Made by a program: the position numbers and the translations under genes. Positions 30,868-40,065 of a DNA stretch of 64,000 nucleotides are shown in pieces. The stretch covers positions 64,001 through 128,000 of the forward strand of contig JBBRLI010000002.1 of NCBI GenBank assembly GCA_038231455.1, given 5' to 3'. The stretch is from Vulcanimicrobiales bacterium. GTDB lineage: Bacteria > Vulcanimicrobiota > Vulcanimicrobiia > Vulcanimicrobiales > Vulcanimicrobiaceae. How positions within the stretch are numbered: position 1 is the first letter of the stretch; each line of letters opens with the position of its first letter. The notes beneath the pieces were generated by a model. It saw nothing but the letters and a program-made list of their open reading frames with translations, ran no database searches and was not told the DNA's origin.

Positions 30868-33135
30868 CTAGAACGTCGCGCGGCTCATGTCCGAGCCGGT
30901 GAAGCTGGCACCGGTCACGTTTGCGCCTTTGAGGTTGGTGCCGTTCATATCGCAGCCGATTAGCTGCGCGCCGCGCAAATCGGCGCCCGCAAGGTTCACA
31001 GAGCGAAGGTCGGCGCCGCTTAGGTGAGCGTCGCGTAAATCGGCGTGCCCGAGGTCCGCACCGCGAAAGTCCGCTCCGCTCAACCGGATACCGTGAAGGT
31101 CGGCGTTGCGCAGATTCGCGTTGCGTAGATCGCAGCCGGAGCAATCGTGTAAGAGGTCACGCGTGTATTGACCTTCGCTCAAGTGAACCCGTCCGATCTC
31201 GGAGCCGGAGAGTTTGACGCCGCCAAGCTGCGCGCCCTCGAGGTTCACATCGATGAGCGACGTCCCAAAGAGGCGAGCGTTGCGTAAATCGGCACCTTGC
31301 AAAGCGGCTCCCCGTAAATCGACTCCTGTGAGCGTAGAGCCGTTCAGATTCGCTCCGCTCAAATCCGCGCCGCGTAAGTTGATGCCGGTGAGTGATTTGC
31401 CGGCGAGATTGATTCCGGAGAGGTCGCGACCGTGAAAATCGCACCCGAGGCACCGGATGACGACCTCGGCCGGAATGGGTCCACCCAGCGGAGCCGATTT
31501 ATGCAAGCGGAGCTGGCGCAGTGGTCCGTTGCCATCGGGAAGTTCGACGCGGAGTTCCGGAATCGACGGACGGATCACAATCGTACGGGAGCGCGGAGCG
31601 AGGCTCGCACTTGGAGCCGGTTCGGGGACGGGCGCGACACCGAGGGGCGGTATCGTCGGCGTAGCGGCCATCGCTTCCGCTGCTGCGGCGAGCGCTGCGC
31701 TGGCAACGCTCGTATCGACGAGCGCCTTCTGTTGCAGCTTGCGGATGGATTGCTCGAGCTCGATTTTGTCGGGATGTTGTCCGCGCAAGATGACGATCTT
31801 GCGTTCGAGGATGCGCGTGTCGGCGCCGCGATGTTCGCGCGCAACATCTTGAATGTGCTGGAGCGCTTGGCGCTGTCCGGGCGTCAGCGGCGTTGGGGCA
31901 CTGCGCGGTTCGGCCACGACGAGTGGGGTCGTCGGCAGCTCTTGAAGTGCGATCGATTTTCGCGTATCGCCGACGATGAAGTTGGGAGCGGGAATCGTGG
32001 TTGCGCTCGGGTGTGCTTGCAGTTTCGCATGCGCGAGCGTCGGCGGGTCCGCGGGCGACGTGAGTTCGATCGCCGGGGCGCTCACGGACATCGTAAGGAT
32101 TGCGAGAGCCGATCCAAGACCAAGCGTTGCGAGCGCCGGTGCCGAGAGGCGCGGCCGCAAATCGCGACGCGCGTCGAGGAGTTGCTCGATGCGGACCGTG
32201 ATTTGTTTGCGCGTCAAGAGAGCCCCGGGCGCGACAATCGCGTGCTCGGGCATGCGCATCTCTTTGGCGAGGCGCCAGAGCGACTCGGCGTACTCTTGCG
32301 GGTGGCCCGTTTGTGCGACCACGCAATCATCGGATGCGATCTCGCGTTCCAGTGCGATGCGTTTGCCGACCAGCCAGACGACCGGGTTAAACCAGAAGAG
32401 TCGCTCGACCACGCGCTGCGCGAAGTTCGTGTAATCGTCGTAGCGACGGAGATGCGCGTGCTCGTGCATGACGAGCGATTCGATCGCGCCGAGTCCCTCG
32501 TGCGTCGCAAGCTCCGTCGGGATCAAGATGACGGGGCGTCCAAATCCAATCGCAACCGGCGTTTCGATTTCGTAGCTCAAGCGCAAATAGATTTCGCGTG
32601 CGCGAACATCGGTGAGCCAAGGGAGTTCGCCGGCAAGCGATCCTTCAAGCGGGCTCGACCGGCGTTTCAGACCTTGAACGCGCAGCACGCTTGCGATCAG
32701 CATCGCAAAGCCAATCGCGGCCCCGGTCGCCCAGATCACGAGCGCACCGATTGCAATGGACTCCGGGATGGTAATCGTCGGAAGACGAGGCGCCGGTGCG
32801 GAGAGCGTCGTCGCTGCTGAAGTGGCGGCAGTCGAGATCGAAGTCGATCCCACGTTCCCGCGATGCGGATGCACCGGCACGGCATCACTCGTCGTGGTCG
32901 CGGCTGTGATATAACGGACGTGCGCGAGTGAACTGACGATGCTCGCCACCGGCAAGATGGCGATCGCGAGCAGCGCCAGCGACCACACGGTGTGGCGCGC
33001 AGCCGCGCGCATCGGGAGAAACTTCTCGACGACCAGCCACACGATGCCGGCGAGGAAGGCGCCGACGAGTGCGCTCTCGGCGAGGGCGCGAACGGCAAGG
33101 CGCGGGAGCGCAGCGAGAAGTTCGCTTGGGATCAC
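30868..33135 (-). CDS. BlaR1/MecR1-like M56 metallopeptidase fused to C-terminal pentapeptide repeats
   Basis: N-terminal TMs, P...G..RP.I..P, HEHAH, D, FWFNP..W, RE..SD, TM, Pro-rich linker, then CLGC- and CSGC-capped pentapeptide blocks. Confidence 0.9.
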   Translation of the reverse strand: MIPSELLAALPRLAVRALAESALVGAFLAGIVWLVVEKFLPMRAAARHTVWSLALLAIAILPVASIVSSLAHVRYITAATTTSDAVPVHPHRGNVGSTSISTAATSAATTLSAPAPRLPTITIPESIAIGALVIWATGAAIGFAMLIASVLRVQGLKRRSSPLEGSLAGELPWLTDVRAREIYLRLSYEIETPVAIGFGRPVILIPTELATHEGLGAIESLVMHEHAHLRRYDDYTNFAQRVVERLFWFNPVVWLVGKRIALEREIASDDCVVAQTGHPQEYAESLWRLAKEMRMPEHAIVAPGALLTRKQITVRIEQLLDARRDLRPRLSAPALATLGLGSALAILTMSVSAPAIELTSPADPPTLAHAKLQAHPSATTIPAPNFIVGDTRKSIALQELPTTPLVVAEPRSAPTPLTPGQRQALQHIQDVAREHRGADTRILERKIVILRGQHPDKIELEQSIRKLQQKALVDTSVASAALAAAAEAMAATPTIPPLGVAPVPEPAPSASLAPRSRTIVIRPSIPELRVELPDGNGPLRQLRLHKSAPLGGPIPAEVVIRCLGCDFHGRDLSGINLAGKSLTGINLRGADLSGANLNGSTLTGVDLRGAALQGADLRNARLFGTSLIDVNLEGAQLGGVKLSGSEIGRVHLSEGQYTRDLLHDCSGCDLRNANLRNADLHGIRLSGADFRGADLGHADLRDAHLSGADLRSVNLAGADLRGAQLIGCDMNGTNLKGANVTGASFTGSDMSRATF

Positions 33136-33515
33136 GGTGCGTTACGCTTCTTGTCGAGCATCGCGCGCAGGTGCGCCAGTTCCGCGTCGTCGACTTCGTC
33201 CGACTCGATCAAGTTGAGCACGAGTTCGCGCGGCGAGTTGTTGAAGAAGCGGGACACGACGTGCGAGACGACACTGCGCTGCGCATCTTCGCGCTCGACG
33301 ATCGCTTTATAAACAAAGGCGCGCCCGATCGCTTTGTGGCGGACGTAGCCCTTTTGTTCGAGGATACGCATGGTCGTGAGCACCGTGTTGTAGGCGAGCG
33401 GCGGATCGCCGAGCGAATCGACGACCTCGGCTACCGTTGCGGTCTCGCGGTTCCAAAGAATATCCATGAGGCGGAATTCCGCCTCGGTAAGCGTCGGCGA
33501 CTTTTTGCGGGCCAT
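33132..33515 (-). CDS. blaI: BlaI/MecI/CopY family transcriptional repressor
   Basis: LTEAE..LM.ILW, AYNTV.T.M..LE.KG, GRAFVY, FF.NS...L. Confidence 0.93.
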   Translation of the reverse strand: MARKKSPTLTEAEFRLMDILWNRETATVAEVVDSLGDPPLAYNTVLTTMRILEQKGYVRHKAIGRAFVYKAIVEREDAQRSVVSHVVSRFFNNSPRELVLNLIESDEVDDAELAHLRAMLDKKRNAP

Positions 33516-33521
33516 ACGGGG

Positions 33522-33568
33522 ACGGTAGCACACGCCTGCCGAGCCGTCAACTAATTCCTTAGGTGTAC
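33522..33568 (-). promoter_or_regulatory. leaderless sigma70-type promoter of blaI with overlapping operator 2
   Basis: TTGACG(33550-33545)-17bp-TACCGT(33527-33522) with TG extension, 6 nt before ATG; operator CAACTAATTCCTTAGGTGTAC at 33548-33568. Confidence 0.65.
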
Positions 33569-34434
33569 TACCCATCGACCCGGGCTCCGGTGAGATCGGC
33601 GTGGCCTAGCGTGCGAAGCTCGTCGGCCGTTACCGGGCGGCAGTTGTGATCGTCGTATTCACAGTACCGGACACCGCGCAAATCGGTGCCGGCCAGCTTC
33701 GCGCCGGAGAAGTCCGCACAGTCCGTTTTTCCCGAGACGGTCACGACGCCGTTGTACGAATGCCGGGTTTCCGGGAAGCACACCGACGCGTTCCGCAGTG
33801 AGGCGCCCTCGAGATGCGCGTTTCGAAAGCTTACACCCAGGAGCGACGCGTCGCTGAGGTCGGCATTGCGCGCGTCGGTATCGTCCATATCCGCGCCGAC
33901 GAGGTGCGCGCGTAAAAACTTCGTGCGTTGCAAGTCGTCGCCGCGGAGATTCGCGCCGATGAGGCGCACGTCGCTAAGGTCAAGGTCGCGGAGATTCGTC
34001 GCACGGAGATCGCAGCCGGTGCAGGAACGGAAAAGCAGCTTTGCATTCCGCATCGATTCGAGCGTTTGATTCGTGATGCGGATGCCCACCAGTTTGACAT
34101 CGGTCAGGGTCGCATTGGCGAAGCTCACGCCATCGAGCGATGTGCCGGTGAATGTGGCGCCGGTCAAGTCGGCTCCGTCGAGCTTCGCGCCGCGCAAATG
34201 GCAGCCCACGAAGTGGGCGCCGCGAAGATTCGCACCGCGTAAATCCGTGCCGTCGAGATTTGCCCCGACGAGCGTAATCTCGTGCAGGTCGCGGCCGTGC
34301 AAGTCGACCTCGCCGAGGTTACAGCCGGTGCACCGCGAGAGCAGTGCGCGCGAGGTATCCTCGGCGCGGACAGTCGTCCCGGCGGCGAGATTCAGGGCCA
34401 CGATCGAGAGGGCAACGATAACGAAGCGTTTCAT
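33568..34434 (-). CDS. secreted pentapeptide-repeat protein
   Basis: Signal peptide MKRFVIVALS...VRA; two CTGC-capped pentapeptide blocks; additional C-terminal Cys. Confidence 0.9.
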   Translation of the reverse strand: MKRFVIVALSIVALNLAAGTTVRAEDTSRALLSRCTGCNLGEVDLHGRDLHEITLVGANLDGTDLRGANLRGAHFVGCHLRGAKLDGADLTGATFTGTSLDGVSFANATLTDVKLVGIRITNQTLESMRNAKLLFRSCTGCDLRATNLRDLDLSDVRLIGANLRGDDLQRTKFLRAHLVGADMDDTDARNADLSDASLLGVSFRNAHLEGASLRNASVCFPETRHSYNGVVTVSGKTDCADFSGAKLAGTDLRGVRYCEYDDHNCRPVTADELRTLGHADLTGARVDG

Positions 34435-34435
34435 G

Positions 34436-34511
34436 CAACTAATTCCTTAGGTGAGCGTGGATCGACCCTACCACGGCGCCTCACGACTGTCAACTATAAG
34501 CTTAAGAGTTG
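34436..34511 (-). promoter_or_regulatory. sigma70-type promoter with operators 3 and 4
   Basis: TTGACA(34493-34488)-17bp-TAGGGT(34470-34465); operators CAACTAATTCCTTAGGTGAGC (34436-34456, over RBS) and CAACTATAAGCTTAAGAGTTG (34491-34511, over -35). Confidence 0.7.
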
Positions 34512-34546
34512 GGAAAGAAATCTTCACAGGGGGCGAAACCGACCGC

Positions 34547-36208
34547 ATGCAGAGCTACGTTCACGGCGCGAGCCCCGTTCCGCTCATCGGTGCGACGATC
34601 GGCAGCTATTTCGATGCAATCGCGAAGCGTTTCCCGGAAATCGATGCCGTGGTATCGGTGCACCAGGGCCTACGCATGACGTACGCTCAGCTCCGGGATG
34701 CAACCGATCTTTTTGCCCGCGGCCTCATGGCGCTCGGTGTCCGGCACGGCGACCGCGTCGGCATCTGGTCGACGAACTCGCTCGAATGGGTGATCGCGCA
34801 GTATGCGACACCGAAAATCGGCGCGATCCTCGTCAACGTCAACCCCGCGTATCGCACCTCCGAATTGCAGTATGCGCTCGCGCAAAGCGGCGTAAGCGTT
34901 TTGCTCGCGCAGATCTCTTATAAGACGAGCGCGTATTTGGCGATGATCGCCGAGGTGCGTGCGGATCTGCCGGAGCTTCGAGAAATCGTAGCGATCGGTG
35001 ATGAATCCATCGACGCGCTCCCCGGGGCGGTGCGGTGGAACGACGTCAACGCGCGCGCTGTTGAAATCGCGCCACAAGCGCTCGCCGAGCGTCTTGCCGC
35101 AACCGAGTTCGACGAGCCGATCAACATTCAGTACACCTCGGGGACCACGGGATTTCCCAAAGGCGCGACCCTCTCGCATCACAACATCCTCAACAACGGA
35201 TTCTTCATCGGCGAGGGCTGCGGATATACAGAGCGCGATCGCGTCTGCATTCCGGTGCCGTTCTATCACTGCTTTGGCATGGTGCTTGGCAACATGGCCT
35301 GTATCACGCACGGTGCGACGATGGTGATTCCGAGCGGCACGTTCGATCCGGCGCTCGCGCTCGATGCCGTGCAGAAAGAGCGTTGCACGTCGCTCTATGG
35401 CGTCCCGACGATGTTCATCGCGGAACTCGCGCTGCCCAATTTTCACGCATACAAGCTCGATACGCTGCGGACGGGAATCATGGCGGGTTCGCCCTGCCCC
35501 GTTGAGGTCATGAAGCGCGTGCAGACCGAGATGCATATGCCCGAAGTCACGATCTGCTATGGCATGACCGAGACATCGCCGGTCTCGTTCCAAACCGGCA
35601 AGAGCGATTCCCTCGAGAAGCAAACGACGACCGTCGGCAAAGTTCATCCGCACTTGGAGTGCAAGATCGTCGACGAAGGGGGCAAGATCGTCCCGGTAGG
35701 GACGCCCGGAGAATTATGCACGCGCGGCTACAGCGTGATGCTCGGCTACTGGAACGACCAGCAGAACACGGCTGCTTGCATCGATGCCGCGCGATACATG
35801 CATACCGGCGATATCGCGATCATGGACGACGAAGGGTATGTCAATATTAGCGGCCGCATCAAGGACATGGTGATTCGCGGCGGCGAGAACATCTATCCGC
35901 GCGAAATCGAAGAGTTTCTCTATTCGTGCGTGGGCGTCAAAGACGTTTCTGTCATCGGCGTGCCCGATGAAAAGTACGGCGAGCAACTGTGCGCCTGGGT
36001 GATCCGGACGCCCGATGCAACGATCGACGCCGATGCGATTCAAGCGCACTGTCGTGGAAAAATCGCGCACTACAAGATTCCCCACTACATCCTCTTTGTC
36101 GATGAATTTCCGATGACGGTCTCGGGGAAAGTCCAAAAGTACAAAATGCGCGAGGCCTCGATCGCGACACTGGGACTCGAACGTGCCGCCAGCGTCGTCA
36201 CGGCCTAA
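34547..36208 (+). CDS. acyl-CoA synthetase (AMP-forming)
   Basis: YTSGTTGFPKG, HCFG, YGMTE, HTGD, GRIKD..IRGGENIYP, SGKVQK. Confidence 0.93.
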   Translation: MQSYVHGASPVPLIGATIGSYFDAIAKRFPEIDAVVSVHQGLRMTYAQLRDATDLFARGLMALGVRHGDRVGIWSTNSLEWVIAQYATPKIGAILVNVNPAYRTSELQYALAQSGVSVLLAQISYKTSAYLAMIAEVRADLPELREIVAIGDESIDALPGAVRWNDVNARAVEIAPQALAERLAATEFDEPINIQYTSGTTGFPKGATLSHHNILNNGFFIGEGCGYTERDRVCIPVPFYHCFGMVLGNMACITHGATMVIPSGTFDPALALDAVQKERCTSLYGVPTMFIAELALPNFHAYKLDTLRTGIMAGSPCPVEVMKRVQTEMHMPEVTICYGMTETSPVSFQTGKSDSLEKQTTTVGKVHPHLECKIVDEGGKIVPVGTPGELCTRGYSVMLGYWNDQQNTAACIDAARYMHTGDIAIMDDEGYVNISGRIKDMVIRGGENIYPREIEEFLYSCVGVKDVSVIGVPDEKYGEQLCAWVIRTPDATIDADAIQAHCRGKIAHYKIPHYILFVDEFPMTVSGKVQKYKMREASIATLGLERAASVVTA

Positions 36209-36209
36209 C

Positions 36210-37181
36210 GTGCGTGCGCTCCTCATCCTCGCACTCATGCTTGCGTGCGCAAGTAGCGCACGCGCGCAAGCGGTGCCCGCTGGCCGACCCGAACTCGCAA
36301 AGATCGGCGCGTCAGAATACACACTCCCCGAAGACTCATTTCTAAAGAGTTATTTCCTCTTCGCGGGGCGCGATGCCGCGCTCGCGCCGACCGTCGTCGG
36401 CGTCGGGCCGAGCTTTCTCTTCGTCAGTCACGCGGGACACGCTGCGGAAACGATCGACCCGGATCGTGCGTTCCGCCCCGTAGCGCAGGCGATCGGCGGT
36501 GACGGGGCGCTTTGGTTTGCAGAGCGGGACGGCACCGCAACGCGCGTCGATTCGAGCGGATTCTTTTCTTCGGTCGCGCTCGCCTCACCGGCACTTGCGA
36601 TTGCGGGCGACGGCGCGCACACGGACGTGCTCGAATCAGACGCTGTCGAGTCTTTCGATGCGCTGGGTGTTCGGCACCGAATTTCGCTCGGGCGTAAGAT
36701 CGCGCGCGGTTCGATTCGGGCTCTCCCAAACGAAATTGTCATTGCGGCGGATGGGATCGCCGGCATTATTCGCATCGACCGCGCCGACCGCGTCGAAATT
36801 CTCAAACTCGAGGACGACTTCCGTCCGGGCGCGCTGCAAGTCGTCGGCAACACGGTTTGGTTTGCGCTCGAGATCGGTGGTACGACCTCGACGCGCCGCG
36901 TCGGTCGCGTGCACGACCGCGTCATTCAGACCATCGACGTACCGACGTTCGCACCAATCCATTCCATCGGCGCGGGCGCGGACAACCGCTTCTTCGTGAT
37001 CGAGTCGTTCGACGTCTACGGCGTGGTAAGCAACGACGGCCAGTTGGTTTGCGAGCGTTCGATCGGCCAAGGATTCCCCCCGCTCGTCATCTCGCAGATG
37101 TTCGTTGATGCGCGGGATTCGACGTACGTAACGACGAGCCGCGTTCCGGGATTTTACAAGGTAACCGACGCCTGCCGTTAA
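36210..37181 (+). CDS. secreted beta-propeller-like hypothetical protein
   Basis: Signal peptide; G.DGALWFAE and similar Vgb-like beta-strand repeats. Confidence 0.6.
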   Translation: MRALLILALMLACASSARAQAVPAGRPELAKIGASEYTLPEDSFLKSYFLFAGRDAALAPTVVGVGPSFLFVSHAGHAAETIDPDRAFRPVAQAIGGDGALWFAERDGTATRVDSSGFFSSVALASPALAIAGDGAHTDVLESDAVESFDALGVRHRISLGRKIARGSIRALPNEIVIAADGIAGIIRIDRADRVEILKLEDDFRPGALQVVGNTVWFALEIGGTTSTRRVGRVHDRVIQTIDVPTFAPIHSIGAGADNRFFVIESFDVYGVVSNDGQLVCERSIGQGFPPLVISQMFVDARDSTYVTTSRVPGFYKVTDACR

Positions 37182-38680
37182 GCGGGCTCGGGAACAAAAG
37201 CCGCGGCGACGAAGCGTCGCTGCACTTTGCCGGTGGCGGTCTTGGGAATCGCATCGGTCACGTGCATGACGGTCGGGACTTTGAACGATGAGAGCTTCGT
37301 TGCAACGTGCGCGCGCACGTCATCCACACTGACGCCCGGCTTGAGGACGACGGCGGCCGCGACGACCTCGCCGTACTTTTCATCGGGCATCCCAAACGCC
37401 ACGGCTTCGATCACGCCGTCGTGCGAGAGCAGTGCCTCGTCCACTTCGACCGGAGAGATTTTCTCGCCGCCGCGATTGATCAACTCTTTGAGTCGCCCGA
37501 CGAGCGTGAGGTAGCCGTGCTCGTCGAGAATCCCGTAGTCGCCGGTGCGAAACCAGCCGTTCGTAAACGACGCGGCGTTCGCGGCGTCGTTGTTGTGATA
37601 ACCGCTCGTTACGTTCGCGCCCCGGACGGCGACTTCACCAACTTCACCTGGTTCGCGTTCGCTACCGTGTTCGTCGAGGATCGTCACGGCGACGAACGCG
37701 CCGACGCCGACCGAGCCCGCGCGTCGCTCGCCGCGCAGCGGGTTCGCGCACATCTGATGGGCGGCTTCGGTCATCGAATACGCTTCGATCACGGGCACGC
37801 CGAAGCGGGCTTCGAGACGATGCATTTCGAGGGCCGGCAGCGCCGCGCTGCTTGAGCGGAAGAAGCGGACCGTGTGTTCGCCGCCGTGCGGCGCGCGATC
37901 GTCGTCGGCACGCAAGAGTAGCGTGCGATAGATCGTCGGAACGGCGCTCACGACGGAAACGCCGAATTCGGCGACCGTCGGCCAGAAGGCACTTGCAGAG
38001 AACTTCTCGGGAATGACGACACTTGCATGTGCGCCGAGCGTCGCGAGTGTTGAGAAGACGAGGCCGTGAACGTGAAAGAGCGGCATCACGCAGAGCGAGA
38101 TGTCGCTCGGACCCAGCTCGTACCATTTGCCGATGTTGAGCGCGGATGTGGTAAGATTGCGATGCGAGAGCGGGACGCCTTTGGGCCGGCTCGTCGTGCC
38201 ACTCGTGTGCAGAAAGAGAGCGATGTCGCTCTCGTTCACCGTATCGCTCGCCGCGGCCGCGGCAAGTGACTTTCCATCAACGAGCGCGAGGCCGTTGTCG
38301 TCGAGTGAGAAGTCGGCAACGCGAATGCCAAGCGAAATCGCCGCCGTGCGCGCGGCCGGAACCGTTCCCGGCGCGAGCAGCACGAGCTTGGGTGCGATGT
38401 CCTCAAGATAGAAGCGAAACTCATCTTCGGTGTATGCCGCGTTGAGCGGCGCGAACGTCGCACGTGCGGCGGCGACGCCGAAGAACGCGTGCACGATCGG
38501 AGCACCGTTGGCAAACGACGCTGCAACGCGATCGCCTGGGGCGATCCCGCGGTCGGCCAGTGCCGCGGCAAGTCGTGCCGCGCTTGCGCGCAGCGTTGCA
38601 TAGCTATGTGCGGCACCTTCGGGCGTGAGGATCGCGACCTTTTCTGCCGGCGCGTTCGCCAGTAATCCCTCAAGTGTCAT
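37178..38680 (-). CDS. acyl-CoA synthetase, probable oxalate--CoA ligase (AAE3/PCS60-like)
   Basis: LFLHTSGTTSRPKGVPLSHRNL, PLFHVHGL, RSSSA, EAYSMTEAAHQM; adjacent to oxlT. Confidence 0.85.
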   Translation of the reverse strand: MTLEGLLANAPAEKVAILTPEGAAHSYATLRASAARLAAALADRGIAPGDRVAASFANGAPIVHAFFGVAAARATFAPLNAAYTEDEFRFYLEDIAPKLVLLAPGTVPAARTAAISLGIRVADFSLDDNGLALVDGKSLAAAAASDTVNESDIALFLHTSGTTSRPKGVPLSHRNLTTSALNIGKWYELGPSDISLCVMPLFHVHGLVFSTLATLGAHASVVIPEKFSASAFWPTVAEFGVSVVSAVPTIYRTLLLRADDDRAPHGGEHTVRFFRSSSAALPALEMHRLEARFGVPVIEAYSMTEAAHQMCANPLRGERRAGSVGVGAFVAVTILDEHGSEREPGEVGEVAVRGANVTSGYHNNDAANAASFTNGWFRTGDYGILDEHGYLTLVGRLKELINRGGEKISPVEVDEALLSHDGVIEAVAFGMPDEKYGEVVAAAVVLKPGVSVDDVRAHVATKLSSFKVPTVMHVTDAIPKTATGKVQRRFVAAAFVPEPA

Positions 38681-38681
38681 A

Positions 38682-39977
38682 TCAGGCAAGTGCCTCTCTT
38701 GTTGGTACACCGGAGCCGAATTCGCCGCGCGCGGTCTCGGTTTCTTCCCGTTCCCGTTGCTGCGCGCGCTCGCGAAGAGGTTTGAGCGCCACGAGCGCTA
38801 GGATGGCGGTGATGAAATTGAAGATCATCACGACGACAAAGATTGCGACCCAGCTTCCGGTTGCCGCGGTGATGATCGAACCAATCGGAACGACGAACGA
38901 TGCCACGCCTTTGCCCGTATAGAGCAGACCGTAATTGGTTGTGGCATAGGTGCGCCCGTACAGATCGCCGGAGGTCGCGGGAAAGAGGCTGTAGATTTCG
39001 CCGGCGGTGAAGAACATGAAACCGGTAAGCAAGACGAACACGAGCGGATTCTTCGCGAAGAGCAGCATTGCACCGATCGCCGTCCCTTGCAGAACGAACG
39101 CGATAAACATCGTTTGCTCGCGTCCGATGCGATCGGAGAGCGCACCGAAGGCCGGGCGGCTCAGACCATTGAGGATGCGGTCGAGCGTCAGCGCGAACGG
39201 CAACGCTGCAAGCGTGATTCCTGCGATGGACACCGGTGTTTTCGCAATCCCAAAGTCGGTTGCGAGGACGCCGAGTTGCGCGGTTACGAGCAAGCCGCCC
39301 GTCGCGACCATCACGAGCATTGCGTAGAGTAGATAGAACGAAGGTGTGCGCAACATTTGCCTTGGCGTGAAGTTGCGCATCGTTGCCCGTGCGCTGGGCG
39401 CTCGGTCTTCGCTCGCGCCGGGTTTGACGAGCAGCAGCGCGACGGCGATAACAATCGCGCCTTGGATCCAGCCGAAGGTGGTAAACGTCGCGCGGTAACC
39501 CGAACTTGCAATCATGTTCGCAATCGGAACGACTGTGAGCGCTGCTCCGGCGCCAAATCCGGCGGCAGTCAATCCGGCGGCGAGCCCGCGCCGGTCGGGG
39601 AACCACTTAATGGCATTCCCGACGGCCGTCCCGTAGACGATCCCCGCGCCCACACCGCCGACGACGGCGCCGGCGTAGAGCATGGGAAGCGACGTTGCGG
39701 CGCCGTCGACTAGCCAAGCGGCGCCGACGAGCACCCCGCCAATCGCGACCATCGGGCGCGGCCCGATCCGATCGATGAGATACCCCTCGACCGGCACGAG
39801 GAACGTCTCCGTTAGAACGAAGAGCGTAAAGGCCCACTGGATTGCTGCCTTGCCCCAGTGATTTGCTTCCACCATCGGAGGGACGAACTGAGCCCAGCCG
39901 TACTGCAGGTTGGCGATCATTATCATCGCCACGATTCCAAGACTAAGTTGGAGCCACCGATTGCGCACGAAACCCAC
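38682..39977 (-). CDS. oxlT: oxalate/formate antiporter family MFS transporter
   Basis: RWLQL..G...M..IANLQYGW, KWFPDRRGLAAG..AAGFG.G, SDRIGRE.TM, GEIYSLFP, TTNYG.LYT.KG. Confidence 0.88.
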   Translation of the reverse strand: MGFVRNRWLQLSLGIVAMIMIANLQYGWAQFVPPMVEANHWGKAAIQWAFTLFVLTETFLVPVEGYLIDRIGPRPMVAIGGVLVGAAWLVDGAATSLPMLYAGAVVGGVGAGIVYGTAVGNAIKWFPDRRGLAAGLTAAGFGAGAALTVVPIANMIASSGYRATFTTFGWIQGAIVIAVALLLVKPGASEDRAPSARATMRNFTPRQMLRTPSFYLLYAMLVMVATGGLLVTAQLGVLATDFGIAKTPVSIAGITLAALPFALTLDRILNGLSRPAFGALSDRIGREQTMFIAFVLQGTAIGAMLLFAKNPLVFVLLTGFMFFTAGEIYSLFPATSGDLYGRTYATTNYGLLYTGKGVASFVVPIGSIITAATGSWVAIFVVVMIFNFITAILALVALKPLRERAQQREREETETARGEFGSGVPTREALA

Positions 39978-40065
39978 TTTCACAAGACGTCGAGTGATAC
40001 GAAATTTATCTCTGCGCCCGCAGTACGCGGTCGACGTCCTCAAACCATCCAAGGGAGACCGCTAA

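Noticed and set aside
31432-32820. Long antisense ORFs (462 aa here; also 55370-56500, 13402-14433, 22615-23565, 34670-35653, 46947-47960)
   Set aside because: Shadow frames of well-supported genes in GC-rich DNA, with no recognisable motifs.
30374-34434. Periodic ~15-bp DNA repeats as a CRISPR or tandem array
   Set aside because: Explained by pentapeptide-repeat coding; no identical repeats with unique spacers.
30374-34434. Qnr/MfpA-type quinolone resistance genes
   Set aside because: The proteins carry signal peptides or TM anchors, inconsistent with cytoplasmic gyrase protection.
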